DNA from: Eledone cirrhosa
Taxonomy: Eukaryota
Assembly: GCA_964016885.1 (NCBI GenBank)
Contig: OZ024745.1
Span: forward strand, 53,506,001 to 53,570,000
Length of the DNA stretch: 64,000 nt
Direction: 5' to 3'
Shown: one piece after another, positions 38,504 through 54,199 of the stretch
Layout of the letters: every line of letters starts with the position of its first letter
Position numbering within the stretch: position 1 is the stretch's first letter
The notes under the pieces: generated by a model
Databases searched by the model: none
Seen by the model: the letters and a program-made list of their open reading frames with translations, nothing else
Told to the model about the DNA's origin: nothing
Program-made: the position numbers and the translations under genes

Positions 38504-40372
38504 ATATATTATATATATATATATATATATGCATGAATGTATCGATTTTTGCGTTAAGCAGCAAAACAGTAGCTAAACAAAAAGATGTCAACAGATAACA
38601 TTGATTTTTACGGGCAAAATCATGTTTACTTGAGAAAATCGTAACCATGGGATACTGAGAATTGCTGGATCGATGGATGATTGTTTGGCGTCTGTGTGTT
38701 TGTGTGTAGGTGCTGGTGTTAGAGGGGTAGAAAAAGATGTAGCTGCAAATTATGGACTTTGTGGTGGTGCTTGTGGTGGGGGGGGGGTTCTTGTGATGGT
38801 GCTGGTGCTTGATGGTAACGGTGTTGGTGGTTGTGCTACTGCTATTATTTGCAGTATCGATGTTTGTGGTGATGGTTCTGTTGTTGGTGCTAGGTAGATG
38901 ATGGCAGATTGATATGCTGTTTGGTTTGTAGCGCTGATGTTGTTAGTATTTATGGTTAATGTGCTGTTCATGTTGTTGTAGCTGGTGCCTTTGCTGTTGT
39001 TATTGTCGTTATCGTTTAGTACCCAGATCAGCCCTGATCAAGCACACCTGCTACTATTTAAAAAATTCTAGATATGAGCATCCTACCTTTTTCCTTGCTA
39101 TGTGCAGGAAACATAGCCTCACGTTAAGAAACCACTATCTTTCTTAAGATGAAAACGTGATTTAAGATAGATTTCACTGCTATTTCTCACAAACACGTTG
39201 AAGTTCCATTTCAGATGATTGCTACCGAGATCTCTCAGAGGATAGACTGTTATTTGTAACAATAAAGGAAGTATATCAAGAGACGAAGAAATAAAATGCT
39301 TCAGTCTAGAAGATGTGGATGTGTTTTTGTTTTTATTTTTGTGATGTCACAGAAGAAATGCTTACAAGGGTTTCAATGAACCCCGCGAGGTATATATTGC
39401 ATAGTGGATGAACCGGAATATGGATATCTCTGATTCGATTTTAGTGTGTTCACACTTGTGTGTGAGTGGGTAACCCTGATGCTTTGTTATATATCATAAC
39501 CTGTGTTAATTATTGTTGGTTATAATATTTTGTATTTATTTAATGTTTTACCAAATTAATCTGTTTATTGTATAACATCCGTATCTCTTCCCTCATTTCT
39601 AGATAACTTTCTCCAGCCCCATGTATATTGTAACCCCTATGTTTATAATTTTTACTGTATTTGAGACTAATAAAAAATTATCTTCATTATTTTGGTAAGG
39701 GCCTGTGGTGTATAGTATAGTTTGCTGTAGTGTGGTATTGTTGATATACTGTGGTATAGATTGTAGTGTTTCTTAGTGTAATTTAACGGTAGATTAGTCT
39801 GGGGTAAAAAGCTGTCCTCGTGGCTTTTGCGACCACAAACCCATAACCCATAACCCCCGAGACCGTTTAACGTTTTTCTTGAATCGGTATCTGCAGGTAA
39901 AGCATTCTGCTGAGGAAAGAAAGGATGTAATAAATATCTAAGTTAGTAGATATATTGTGAACAAGTAAGGTAAAAAAAAACAGACGAGTAGGAATTTCTG
40001 ATTGGAGGTGACACGAAACCAGTTCTGAGGAACAAAAGCAATTCTAGTGACTGTAGAAAAAAAATAGAAAAGAGACAGCACGGTTGTAGATCAACGATTA
40101 ATGAGTTAAGTGAGCGTCTTCATGTTAAACAATGGACCGAGAAATATGTGACCAAAACATCGGTGGTAAAATGGGCGTCGACTTATATTCGAATCGGTAG
40201 TAGTTGTAGAAAGCTCTTAGGGAAAAGTTATCTCACTTAAATACACATGCACACACACACAAATACATACACACACACACACACACACACATACATACAT
40301 ACATACATACATACATACATACATACATACATACATACATACATACATACATACATACATACATACATACAT

Positions 40373-43300
40373 AGTCAGTCAACGCGATCAGTCGCATATT
40401 TTGGTGTGAGAGACTATTCATTAAATTTAAGATGAATACTATCTCCGACAGTAATACCATAACTACCAGTCATATTGAATAACTGGATATTCTTCTAACT
40501 ATATCTACTGAAGACACCTTTTATTCGAATTCGTAGAGATATCCGACTAAATACATAATTCATTTTACAAGGATTTGCTACAAACAGCATAGCTGAATAC
40601 AACATCCACAACAACAACATTAAGGAAGTACCGAAGAAAAACAACGAGAAAGGTAAATTTATTCAGTTGTATTTACAGAAGAAACCCAAATTATAAATCG
40701 CATTTCTCTTGGAGTTGCGAGCTTAATGATGATTTATTTAATTGTTATAAAATGGCAAAAAACAATCCCTCCATTGGCTATATGAATAGAATGAAGCTAC
40801 ACTGAGACGAAATACACCCAGAGCTAAATCATTTCACAGCGAAACAATTCCAACAAGCAACGTTTGTTGAACGTAAAACTAAGATAAATATTATTAATTG
40901 TAAGTCCCCCACAACAAACATGGGATCAATAACACGTGCTACAGGTCGCCATGCTACTAAACTTCCTAGCCGCTAGGTCGAACAGTGCCTTGAAACAACT
41001 ATGCCTGTAAGAAACGTGACACCATGTGTACCATCTAAATCTACCTCGAATGCTGGGGAAAACACTATCAATAATAATAATAATCGAAGAAATAATAATA
41101 ATAATCGAAGAAATTTGACACCACGTGTACCATCCGAGTCTACCTCGACTATTGTGGAAAATACTATCGATAATGATAATAATCAAAAGTATAAACAATT
41201 GAAAATTTCCCTCAACGAAATCTTCCAGAGAGAAATTAATTCATGTATAAATATTTCTCTTGCTGAACGTATTAAAACGACAATATTTAATAAAAAATCA
41301 AATATTGAAATATTACGTGTTATTGACGAAATAGGGGATGAATATTTACGACGGATAAAAACCCTAACATTTTGGCAAATCAACGCCTGTTTATATGCCT
41401 TAGCAACGACAGTGAAGCAGTATCTTGGTGATAGCAGAGATATTAACAAGAACAAAACACCACTAAAAGTACCATCATATATAACTAAAATAGAAAAGAA
41501 GATTGCTGACCTACGAAAAACCATAGGATATGTGACAATGCTCCTTACATGCAAACAAACACAAAAAAAACTCACTCCTCACCAACAAAGAGTGAAAAAT
41601 AAAATAGAGATGATGTTTGGTAACAGTAGAACCAGAACTCTTCAATATAAGCTGATCACCCTCAAACAAGAATTGAGAGCTGTTAGCGAAAAACGCCGAT
41701 ACCTGAAGAAGGTGGATGAAAGAAAAGTGCTTAATAAAAGATTCAGACGAAACCAAATATCAGTCTAGGCCCTATCCCAGAAAGACATAGATTCCTTTTG
41801 GAGAAAAATATAGGGTGAAAAGAAGAATTTCAACCAAGATGCAGTGTGGCTAAAAGAAATCCGAAATAACTATTGCTCCTACACGACAACAAAAACATAC
41901 GAAATAAGTGAGGGTACGCTTGAGACTGTGATAGGAAAACTCCAAGATAAGAAAACACGAGAAAGAGACATGATTGTCGGCTACTGGTACAAAAAACTGA
42001 TATTCTATCGGAGGTATCTTACCGACCTCTACCAACAAGTTCTCAAGGGAGATACACTTATACCAGAATGGTTGACATTAGCACAATCATTACTGGTCCC
42101 CAAGAACAAAGACACCCACTTGGCAAAAAACTACCGACCCATTGCATGCCAGAACCTGATGTATAAGATGTATACAGCCTGCCTGAACCTATTCCTCCAA
42201 GATCACTGTGAAAATAATAACATCATCACAGATGAACAAGCAGCTGAAAAGAAAGGGGTTTGGGGATGCGCTGAACAACTCCTAATCAACAAAACTGCGA
42301 TGTCGAAGGTGCGACAACTTAGGAGGAATATGGCTACAGTCTGGTTGGACTACAGGAAAGCTTTCGATTCTGTTCCCCGCTCTTGGATGATAGAGGCCCT
42401 CCAACTTGCTAAAGTCCCAGAAATTATTATCAGAGCCATAGAGAAGCTGTCTTTTTCTTGGGCTACTATCCTAGAAGGGGGACTCTATTTTCACTGATAA
42501 AATAAAATATCGCAAGGGTATATTTCAGGTAGACAGTCTCTCTGTGATATTATTCATCCTGTCATTAAACCCCTTGTCCTTTCTGCTCAAGAAATGTGAA
42601 GGATACATCATTGGCTCACAGGAGGACAGAAATACGAACATAACCCATAATTTCTTTGTGGATGATCTGAAACTCTATGCTAAGAACATGGATGAGATGA
42701 AGAAAAATCTTGACCTGGTTACAACGTTCTTAAAGGATATAGGAATGGAGTTTAGCCAAGATAAATGCTCATATATGACTGTAAAGCGGGGAAAAACAAC
42801 AACCCAATCTAGCAGCATTGTCATCAATGGCCTAACTGTTTTGCCGATATCTGATGAGGACTGCTACAGATACCTGGGATTAGATGAGAACATCCTATAA
42901 TGGTATCTGTAATAAGGAACGCGTAGCCACCTGATTAAGAAAGATTTGGTCATCGGAACTCTCTGCGCAAAACAAAACTGGCTCACAATGTGTTTGCTGT
43001 GTCTGTCCTAACACCAACGTTTGGAATACTCAATTGGACGATAGACGAAATCCGAGCAATTGGAGTTAGAACTCGAAAAATACTGAACAACACCGGAAAC
43101 TTCCACATCAACAGTGACATAGACCGCCTTTACTTGAAACGTAAGAAGGGAGGCAGAGGCCTAACATCAGTCCAGACAGCATTTGAATGTCGCATCATAT
43201 CCCTCTGACAACATCTACGAACCTCGAAGCGTAGGAGCCCGTCTCACGAGCAAGTCTATCTGCATGAAACAGATAAGAGCATGAGAGTTGAGAAGGTACT

Positions 43301-44420
43301 CGTCGAGAGATATTCCCTGTGTGATAATCAAAAACTCACACCCAGGGAAGTCGCTCAGCAGTATTGCAGTGAATCCATGGATGAAAAACTGCATGCGTAT
43401 CAGCAAAAATCATGCATGGATATGTTGCCAGGAAGCTACAGAGTGAGAGTAATATAGATAAGGAAAATAGTCTATCTCGGACCATCAATCGCTATATTGG
43501 CTCCGACTTTCAAGGATATGCTTTTGCAATCCAAGAACAGGAAATTAACATGAAATACCTGATTCACAAAAGAAATAGGGATGCAGGCAAAATACCTTGA
43601 TGTGATAACAAGTGCAGACTCTGCAGAACTAACATCGAGGATATCACCCATGTCATCAGCAGCTGTCCAAAGATGTTATCGCGGTACTATCTACCTATGA
43701 GGCGTGATGTAGTGGCCAAAACACTGTACAATGCAATCCGTAGAAAAGATAGCCTCGATAATAAACACATTTAAAACTAAAGCAATGTGGAAGACATCCA
43801 TATACATAATATGAAAGAGTACTGGTGGAATGTTCCAGTAAAATCCCCAATAAAATGCAGGCATAACAGACCAGATATTATGATATGGGACAGGGAGAAG
43901 AAAGCATGCACAGTAGTGGAAGTTAGCTGCCCAGCAGATGCCAATATAATATCAAAGATTAGCGAAAAGGAGAATATTTATGCAGAACTGATGAGAAATC
44001 TGCAGATACTCCACCCTGATTACACCTTCAGATTTATGCCTGTGATTATTGGGGCACTGGGGTATGTTAGTAACTGCCTCAATACAAATCTTGAGAAGCT
44101 AGGCTTCACAGGAACAGAAAGAACAAAACTAGTTAGGAAAATAAAGTACAATACATTAATGGAACAGTAAAAATATGTAAAACATTCCAAAAATGTTGCA
44201 TCTAATAACTGCATATACACATGTACAGATACAAAGCATATACACATGCACACATACAACTCAAAACATCCACATCCACACATACAATAATATCCATATC
44301 TACACATGCATGCGGGCATGCATACATAATCTACCTAGTTGATGTCGTGTAAATTCCAATGAGAGAGTCTTGTGTCTATGTTAGAAACCGACTCTCTCTC
44401 TATTGGTAAACATTTATGAA
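40373..44420 (+). mobile_element. Near full-length, decayed RLE-type non-LTR retrotransposon, R4/Dong-like
   Basis: Broken frames give NYRPIACQNLMYK, WLDYRKAFDSVP, GIFQVDSLS, FFVDDLKLY, YRYLG, DIDRLYLKRKKGGRGL, CRLC....EDITHVISSC (43613-43666), RPDIMIWD...VEVSCP...K...Y. Many stops and frameshifts. Clade assignment is by motif recall. Confidence 0.88.
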
Positions 44421-45783
44421 ATTGTAAAACCATAAGAACATACATAATATGTGTGTATTTAGATGTATATGTCTGTCGTTTTAGATACAGATTCCATCTT
44501 TTATTCGCTTGTACTGGTTCAAAGAAAATTGTTTTGCGAGCTGATTATATGTGGATGTGTGTGTATGTATATGCTCATTTTAATGTAAAGTTATATTTCT
44601 TGTTGAAAAGTGTTGGTTTTCAATGTTTCTGTTATAGGAATATTTTCCTGTTGTTGATGTATTATTACTACCATTAGATTTGTATCACACAGCGTGTGAT
44701 CGTTTCTATACAATGTTAGAAGTGTTAAAAGAAAAACGAATTGAAGGTGTTAGATATCGGCGCCATACTTGGATTATATCTTCAATATATTGAAAAACAA
44801 ATATGCCATATGTGGTGTGTTGAATTTTGTTATTGTTATTTTTATGCATGTTGACCATGTACAAATTTAATTGCTCACACTGGTTTCTGCTTGATTTATT
44901 CATAAATAGTTATAAATGAATATTATCTCGATTTTCTTCTTTTTTTTTATTGACTTTGGTTATTGATGACATTTATTGCATTGTGTAGAAATGGTTTTCC
45001 TACATAATACAATGCACACCAAGGCTGCTTATTGAAGTTGCATAGTTATGCACATAGGCAATTTTACGAATGTTTCACGATTTATCAATTGTCTTCAGGA
45101 TAGTTATGTTTGTTGTCCATGAGGGAATGCATTGAACTACTAAAATCAAGTTACAAAACAGTAATACATTTGCTTTGATAGATTCTGTAATGGTTATAGT
45201 TCTCCTGATAATAACGTTTTTCATCGTTTGATCATGAGGAAGCGCAGTACCAATAAGCACTTCTTCAAGGCCTTAGAGAAAGGTGTCCTCAAACATGAAT
45301 CATTGCTTGAGTGTTTGGAATAGAATTGGTTCGACCAAATTCACCCAGCGACCATATGGTGAAGGTAAGCAAGACAATGGATTAAGTCTACCTAACAAGT
45401 AGGTTACGACGTGAGATGAACTCAGAACACAAAATACACCACATCAAATAACGTAAATCACCCATTCGACGCTCCATCGATTCTGCTTGTTCACAGCCCT
45501 AAACTTGTACTTTATTCATCAACTCTGGATTTTAACTCAGGAAGCTGTTAGCCATGAGACTGTTTTAGGTATCGCTTCCGACACTCTGACACCTCTTCCA
45601 ATTCACCACTTCTAGATATTCCATCATATGTTTTACCCAATTTTACTAACTACTTATTGTGTATGATCGGAAAACTGGTAAATAGTATCCTATATAATCA
45701 AATTTATAATCATAACTTCAAAGACTGTAATGGTTTTACGAGGATTATGTGTACTAATAAATCCATCCACAGTAAAAATTTTA

Positions 45784-45853
<70 letters not shown>

Positions 45854-46236
45854 TCTCTCTCATCTCTCTCTCTCTCTCTCTCTCTATCAGTTACATCCAT
45901 ACGAAACCTGACAATTTTGTCAACTACATCGAGGTTGTTTTCGTAATTCATATCTCAAACGTTCATGTTTCTCGTAGGCATTATTTTATTTTATTTACTT
46001 CCCTTGAGGCTTTCGTGTCACAACTCTCAAAACTTAGATTTTGGCTTCCGCAAAGCATCATCAATGCCCCCCCCACCCCCCCACCCCACCCATCGCACTC
46101 TCTCGTCGTATACACTGATAAATACAAAATCAAATTAATGCAAAAAGAGATGAACACTGTTAAAAAATAAGACCTGTTAATAAAAATGCTAAAACTAATA
46201 AAATTTATCTTACTTGAAACTAAATAAAAGAATGTA

Positions 46237-46351
<115 letters not shown>

Positions 46352-46520
46352 AAATATATAGGTAAATATATATACATATGTGTGTATGTATATATATATA
46401 TGTGTGTGTATATACATGTGTATATACACATATATATATATATATATACATATGTGTGTATGTGTATATATATATGTGTATATACATGTGTATATACATG
46501 TGTATATACACATGTCTGTA

Positions 46521-46599
<79 letters not shown>

Positions 46600-46894
46600 A
46601 TATATACATCAAACAACATCAATATAGGATATTGTTTGGAGACTATGGGAGAATAGATTTCATTTGGCCAATAAAAGATAGAAGATATATATATGATAGA
46701 AAAGACGATGAAAAAAGAAAGAAAGAAGAAATTGAGAGGTAGGAAAGAAAAGGAGGAGATGATAGGTGACTTCTTGAAATTCCCAAATAGAAATAAATGA
46801 ATATAAAAGACAAATTTCTTATATAAATAAGTGTGTGTGTATTTATATATATTATATATCTATTCATTTATGTGTGTGTGTGTCTGTGTGTGTA

Positions 46895-46947
<53 letters not shown>

Positions 46948-46950
<3 letters not shown>

Positions 46951-47109
46951 TGAGATTCTACAGGACTAGAACTGTTTCATCCTGATGATTTCTAAAGAAT
47001 GAAACAGTTCTAGTCCTGTAGAATCTCATCTATATTAAAACTTTTATACTCTGCTATGTATTGAGTACCTTACTTACTGTGGTTACCTCCGATTCAACCC
47101 GGAATAACG

Positions 47110-47110
<1 letters not shown>
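46948..47110 (+). mobile_element. Family D short PLE-type terminus with a 5' inversion
   Basis: gatgagattctacaggactagaactgtttcat is the reverse complement of the sequence just downstream. (TA)n flanks. Confidence 0.85.
46979..47024 (+). ncRNA. Hammerhead core of family D; stem I clipped by the inversion junction
   Basis: tc-CTGATGA-tttctaaagaat-GAAA-cag..ctg-TA-gaat. Confidence 0.7.
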
Positions 47111-47148
<38 letters not shown>

Positions 47149-47682
47149 ATGTGTGTGTGTGTGTGTGTGTGTATGTGTGTGTATATGTGTTTATGTCTGT
47201 ATGTATACTTTTTTGATGAGCGTGCGTTTTCCATTGATACTATTGTATAATATTATGTAATTCTGGAGTATATATGTAGTTCGAAATAGAAATAGAACTG
47301 CAGCAGATCTGTTTTTTCTCGTGGATTCGAGTGTTTCTCGAGGATTCGAGTACTTCTCCAGTCAAGCTATTCTTCATTGGCCATGGTTATAATAGTCCCT
47401 GTCCGTGAATAAGCCAGCTTCATCGTTCTTAGTTATGACTGAGTGATGATTGTAATATGTGTGTATATGTATACGGGGCTATTTTAGGAGTTTCAATAAG
47501 AGTTGTGCTGATAGTTACGTTTATATCAAACTCCTTATGGTATTGCTAAGCCGCTATCTCAGTATAATTCTGAAGATGTTGAATATAAGTACCACTGCAA
47601 TCGCTTGTCATATGTCGAACAAATAGTAAGCCTTGCCTTTTACTCAGTAGAAATGGTTTATGTATCACAGTGACCTTCTAGC

Positions 47683-47855
47683 GTGAGGGTCGGACGCCAT
47701 GCTTTGCAACAAAGAGTTACGGCCCTTTATGGTCTGAGTTCAAATCCCGCCGATGTTAACTTTGCCTTTCATCCTTACGGGGTCGGTAAAATAAAGTACC
47801 AGCAATACACTGGGATAATTGCTGGCCTTGTGCCAAAAATAGAAACAATTATTAT
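47683..47855 (+). mobile_element. SINE family A
   Basis: Near-identical to 14614-14797. Confidence 0.88.
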
Positions 47856-47889
47856 CCAGGTGTCTTTCATCCTTACGGGGTCAACTTTG

Positions 47890-47931
<42 letters not shown>

Positions 47932-48550
47932 ATAATAATAAATTTGAAGACTAAAATCCAAAGAGGGATCGATAAGGATAAATATATAAACTATAATAAA
48001 GTAAGGAGCGCGGGACTGCGTACGGTTTATAATTTGTTATCCCATTAGTAAAATAAGTTGGATTACTTTGAATAAATAATGAATGAATATTACATAATTT
48101 ATCTACTAAATTTCATGGCTGTTAATTAAATATATTTTGTTTATTTAAAGATTCACTTCTTTAAAATTTCTGAAATGTCAACACTTCCGGTTGGCCATCG
48201 CTTAAATAAACATTCATATATTTCAGTCACTAATTTTCTCCTAATGCAGTTTATATATAATATCGTCTTTTTAATGTGTCATGGATTACGTTACTGATTA
48301 AATAAGACAGTGTAACGCAGTCTTCGTTCAATTTCTATGTATTATATATTGTCAATTACGATTTTATTTGATGTATCATATCTACATGTATATATACCTG
48401 CGTATAATATCAATATACACACTACACATGTTAGCAGAAAACCACTCGAAGGGTGGTTTTTCTGCTAGTATAGTTAATAAATGAAACAAAGCAAAACACA
48501 GGAAGCAAGATTACAGTGATAATTGGTTCACACTTGTAGGAAGTGGAGGG

Positions 48551-48584
48551 ATCGACGTTTCGGTCAGAAGTCCTTCTTCAGGAA
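48551..48584 (-). ncRNA. Minimal type I hammerhead ribozyme, PLE-type
   Basis: Minus strand: ttc-CTGAAGA-aggacttctgacc-GAAA-cg-TC-gat; some stem mismatches. Confidence 0.65.
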
Positions 48585-48857
48585 ATTCCAGATAAGAAGA
48601 GAACAAACAGATAGACGTATGAGTAGTGTGAGAAGGTTAGAAAAGGATGTTAAGAAAAAAGGGAGTTGGGAGAGGAAAGATAGGTAGGGGAAGGTGTGTA
48701 AAAATAAACCGGCCTGTGGGGGAGGATTTGAGACTACGGGGGTGTCATGCGTGTGTGCCGAAAGGAAGAAATTGGTAGATGTGCGTGGGTTCAATCTATG
48801 TTTGTGTGTGGACACGTGAGTGTCCCATTCTTATACTGTTGATGAGTGCATAGTACT

Positions 48858-49230
48858 GTGTGTGTGTGTGTATGTCTGTGAGTTTTTAGTTGTGTGTGTG
48901 TACGTGTGAGAGTGTGTACGTGTGAGTGTGTGTGTGTGTGCGCGCGCGTGTGTGTGTGTGTGTGTACGTGTGAGTATGTGTACTTGTGAGTGTTTGTACG
49001 TGTGAATGTGTGTGTGTACGTGTGAGTGTGTGTACCTGTGAGTGTGTGTACGTGTGAGTGCGTGTGTGTACGTGTGAGTGTGTGTGTGTGTGCACGCACG
49101 TGTGTGTGTGTGTACGTGTGAGTGTGTGTGTGTGTACGTGTGAGTGTGTGTGTGTGCGCGCGCGTGTGTTGTGTGTGTGTACGTGTGAGTATGTGTACGT
49201 GTGAATGTGTTGTGTGTGTACGTGTGAGTA

Positions 49231-49263
<33 letters not shown>

Positions 49264-49559
49264 GTGCGCGCGCGTGTGTGTGTGTGTACGTGTGAGTGTG
49301 TGTGTGTACGTGTGAGTGTGTGCGTGTGCGCGCGCGCGCGTGTCTGTGTGTACGTGTGAGTATGTGTACGTGTGAGTGTGTGTACGTGTGAGTGTGTGTA
49401 CGTGTGTGTGTGTGTAGGGGTGGGGCCTTTTGATGTTGTTTTTATGTATGTGACTATGCAGGATTGTGTGTCTGTAATATCACATGTGTGTTGAGTGTGG
49501 GTGAGTGTCTACACGCGGGTGTGTATAGGGGATTTTTAGAATTGTTTCTATTATATATA

Positions 49560-49615
<56 letters not shown>

Positions 49616-49682
49616 TGTAGGGATGTGTGTGTGGGGGGGTGTAGGTGTGTGGGTGTGTATGTGTGTGTATGTGTGTGTGTAG

Positions 49683-49718
<36 letters not shown>

Positions 49719-49791
49719 AGGTGTGTGTGTGTGTGCGTGTGTGCGTGTGTAGGTGTGTGTGTGTGTGTGTGTGTGTGCGTGTGTGCGTGTG

Positions 49792-49881
<90 letters not shown>

Positions 49882-49890
49882 TGTGTGTTG
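48858..49890. repeat. (GT)n-derived repeats, including a tacgtgtgagtgtgtg minisatellite
   Basis: Directly visible. Confidence 0.9.
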
Positions 49891-49987
49891 TTTCTTGATA
49901 GATGAGTTCGCTACGTAAGATTGTGATCCTGGTTCAATCCTATTGCGTGGCCGCTTGCGAAGTTGGCCACTGCCGTTTCAGTGGAAT

Positions 49988-50020
<33 letters not shown>

Positions 50021-50223
50021 ATGGATATATATATATGTTTTATAAATGTGCTATTATACATATGTATATATATATATATAAATATGTGTGTAACTGTGTT
50101 GGTATATACATATAGATATATACGCACACATATATATATGTGTGCGTATATATTATTAAATATATTATTAAATATATATATATATATGTGTGTGTGTGTG
50201 AGTGTGTTAGTGTGTGGGAATAT

Positions 50224-50281
<58 letters not shown>

Positions 50282-50389
50282 ATATACAGAGAAAGAGAGA
50301 GAGAGAGAGACAGTGAGGTGGATGGATAGATAGATATAGATAGATACACACACACCCACACATAGACGCGCACACAGATGTATATATAT

Positions 50390-50426
<37 letters not shown>

Positions 50427-50427
50427 C

Positions 50428-50582
50428 TGTATCGGTAGAGCATCAGACAAAATGCTTTGCCGCATGTAATTGCGACTTTCTCCGTTCTGAGTTTAAGCCA
50501 GCCTTTCATCATTCCGGGATCGATATAATCGACTTTCCTCCCCTTAACCTAAATTGCTGGCCTTGGACAAATGATAGATGGA
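50428..50582 (+). mobile_element. Diverged SINE related to family A
   Basis: gtatcggtagagcatcagac head, gcctttcatc...tcgata and aattgctggccttg. Confidence 0.6.
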
Positions 50583-50584
50583 AT

Positions 50585-52230
<1,646 letters not shown>

Positions 52231-52360
52231 ATTTATTGGCAACATGACCCTCCCAAAGCATAACAATATATATATATATATATATAAATATATATAGGAA
52301 AAGAGTTTGTTAGTGGTGTCGCTGTTGGAGTTGTTGTTGATGGTGTTGTTGTTGTTGTTT

Positions 52361-52393
<33 letters not shown>

Positions 52394-52459
52394 CTTACCC
52401 TAAGTATCGAGTACTCTGGTGCGTTATGGTCCACCTGGTTCCTTACCACACTTCCTTTG

Positions 52460-52499
<40 letters not shown>

Positions 52500-52527
52500 A
52501 TGTATATATGTGTGTATGTATATATAT

Positions 52528-52723
52528 AGAAGGTGGCTACACAACAGTTTGTTCACCATACCGAGAACAATTGTTTCACCTTAGCGGATCCTCAGCTGGT
52601 AATGGACCAGGTGAAACAATTGTTCCCGGTATGGTGAACAAACTATTGTGTAACCACTTCTACCTAACTCGTCCCATGGACTGAGTGCTCTACCACTACG
52701 GATATTACCTTCCAGTGTTCTAC

Positions 52724-52725
<2 letters not shown>
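52528..52725. mobile_element. Fold-back PLE-type terminus with a hammerhead
   Basis: 52528-52581 pairs with 52608-52662 as inverted arms; microsatellite flanks. Confidence 0.75.
52561..52599 (-). ncRNA. Minimal type I hammerhead ribozyme
   Basis: Minus strand: ccag-CTGAGGA-tcc/gctaa/ggt-GAAA-caattg(palindrome)-TT-ctcgg. Confidence 0.7.
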
Positions 52726-52801
<76 letters not shown>

Positions 52802-52813
52802 GTATACATATAC

Positions 52814-52881
<68 letters not shown>

Positions 52882-53025
52882 CACAACTGTAGCTTTCAGG
52901 CTGTGGCACAGCTGGTTCACCTCCTTGATTTAATCGACCCCAGTACTTCTTCGAACCCTTCTTTGTCGAACCAATATCTTACGTGAATTAAACACTTCGA
53001 TATTGAGGGCTTCTTCTCATGTTAG

Positions 53026-53119
<94 letters not shown>

Positions 53120-53123
<4 letters not shown>

Positions 53124-53288
53124 TGCTTCTACAAGACTAGAACTGTTTCATTCGGGAGAAATCATGAGGAAGCCCCGAATGAAACAGTTCTAGTCCTGTA
53201 AAAGCCATTTCTATATTGAATATGTATACTCTGCTATGTAATGAGTACCTTACTTACTGTGGTTACCCCCGATTGAACCCGGGATAAA

Positions 53289-53292
<4 letters not shown>
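53120..53292 (+). mobile_element. Family D variant with a 5' inversion
   Basis: Same tail gagtaccttacttactgtggttacc.ccgatt.aacccgg, with an inverted ctagaactgtttcattc arm. Confidence 0.8.
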
Positions 53293-53338
<46 letters not shown>

Positions 53339-53383
53339 TATATATACATATATATATATATATATACATACATATATATATAT

Positions 53384-53459
<76 letters not shown>

Positions 53460-53461
<2 letters not shown>

Positions 53462-53647
53462 CAAAGGAATTGTGGTAAGGAACCAGATGGACCATAACGC
53501 ACCAGAGTACGCAATACTTAGAGTAGTAGTGTGGGGAAATAGGAAAAAGTATGACCCCGACGGCAGAGCTCAAGCCATTTCGACGGCTATTTCAGAAATA
53601 GCCGTCGAAACGGCTTGAGCTCTGCCGTCGGGGTCATACATTTTCAT
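53460..53647. mobile_element. Family B fragment with fold-back inversion
   Basis: Palindrome centred near 53592, within ribozyme stem II. Confidence 0.8.
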
Positions 53648-53667
53648 ATATATATATATATATACTT

Positions 53668-53738
53668 GGTTAACCTGAGGCTATAGTAGAAGACACTTGC
53701 CTAAGCTACTACACAGCAGGGATGAACCCATAGCCATA
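53668..53738 (-). mobile_element. Fragment of another tRNA-type SINE
   Basis: Minus strand reads gggttcatccctgctgtg...ggcaagtgtcttctactatagcctcagg, a B-box followed by a core I recall from mollusc SINEs. Confidence 0.55.
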
Positions 53739-53951
53739 TATATAGAGAGAGTGAGTGTATGTGTGAGAGAGAGAGAGTGAGAGTGGGAGAGAGAGAGGAG
53801 GAGAGAGAGCGAGAGAGAGAGAGATCTATATATTTATCTTTGTAGTTGTATGCCGGTTTCTTAACATAAACTGCGGACGCCTATCTTTCTCTTGTCTCTC
53901 TCTCTCTCTCACCTCAACTCTCTCTTTTATCTCCCCCTCTCTCGCTCTCTC

Positions 53952-53983
<32 letters not shown>

Positions 53984-54199
53984 TTGCTCTCTCTCTGTCA
54001 ACTCCTTTGTTCTCTTTCTCTTTTTCCTTCTTTGTATGCATGTTTTTGTGTTACGTTATGTTGCGCACGCCTGATCGGATTTATATGTATGTATACGTGT
54101 GTCTATGTATAGGTGTGTGTGTGTGTGTGTATATGTGTGTGTCAATGTCTGTGTGTATAAGTGCGTTTATATATCAGTATATATAGTTATTTATTATAT

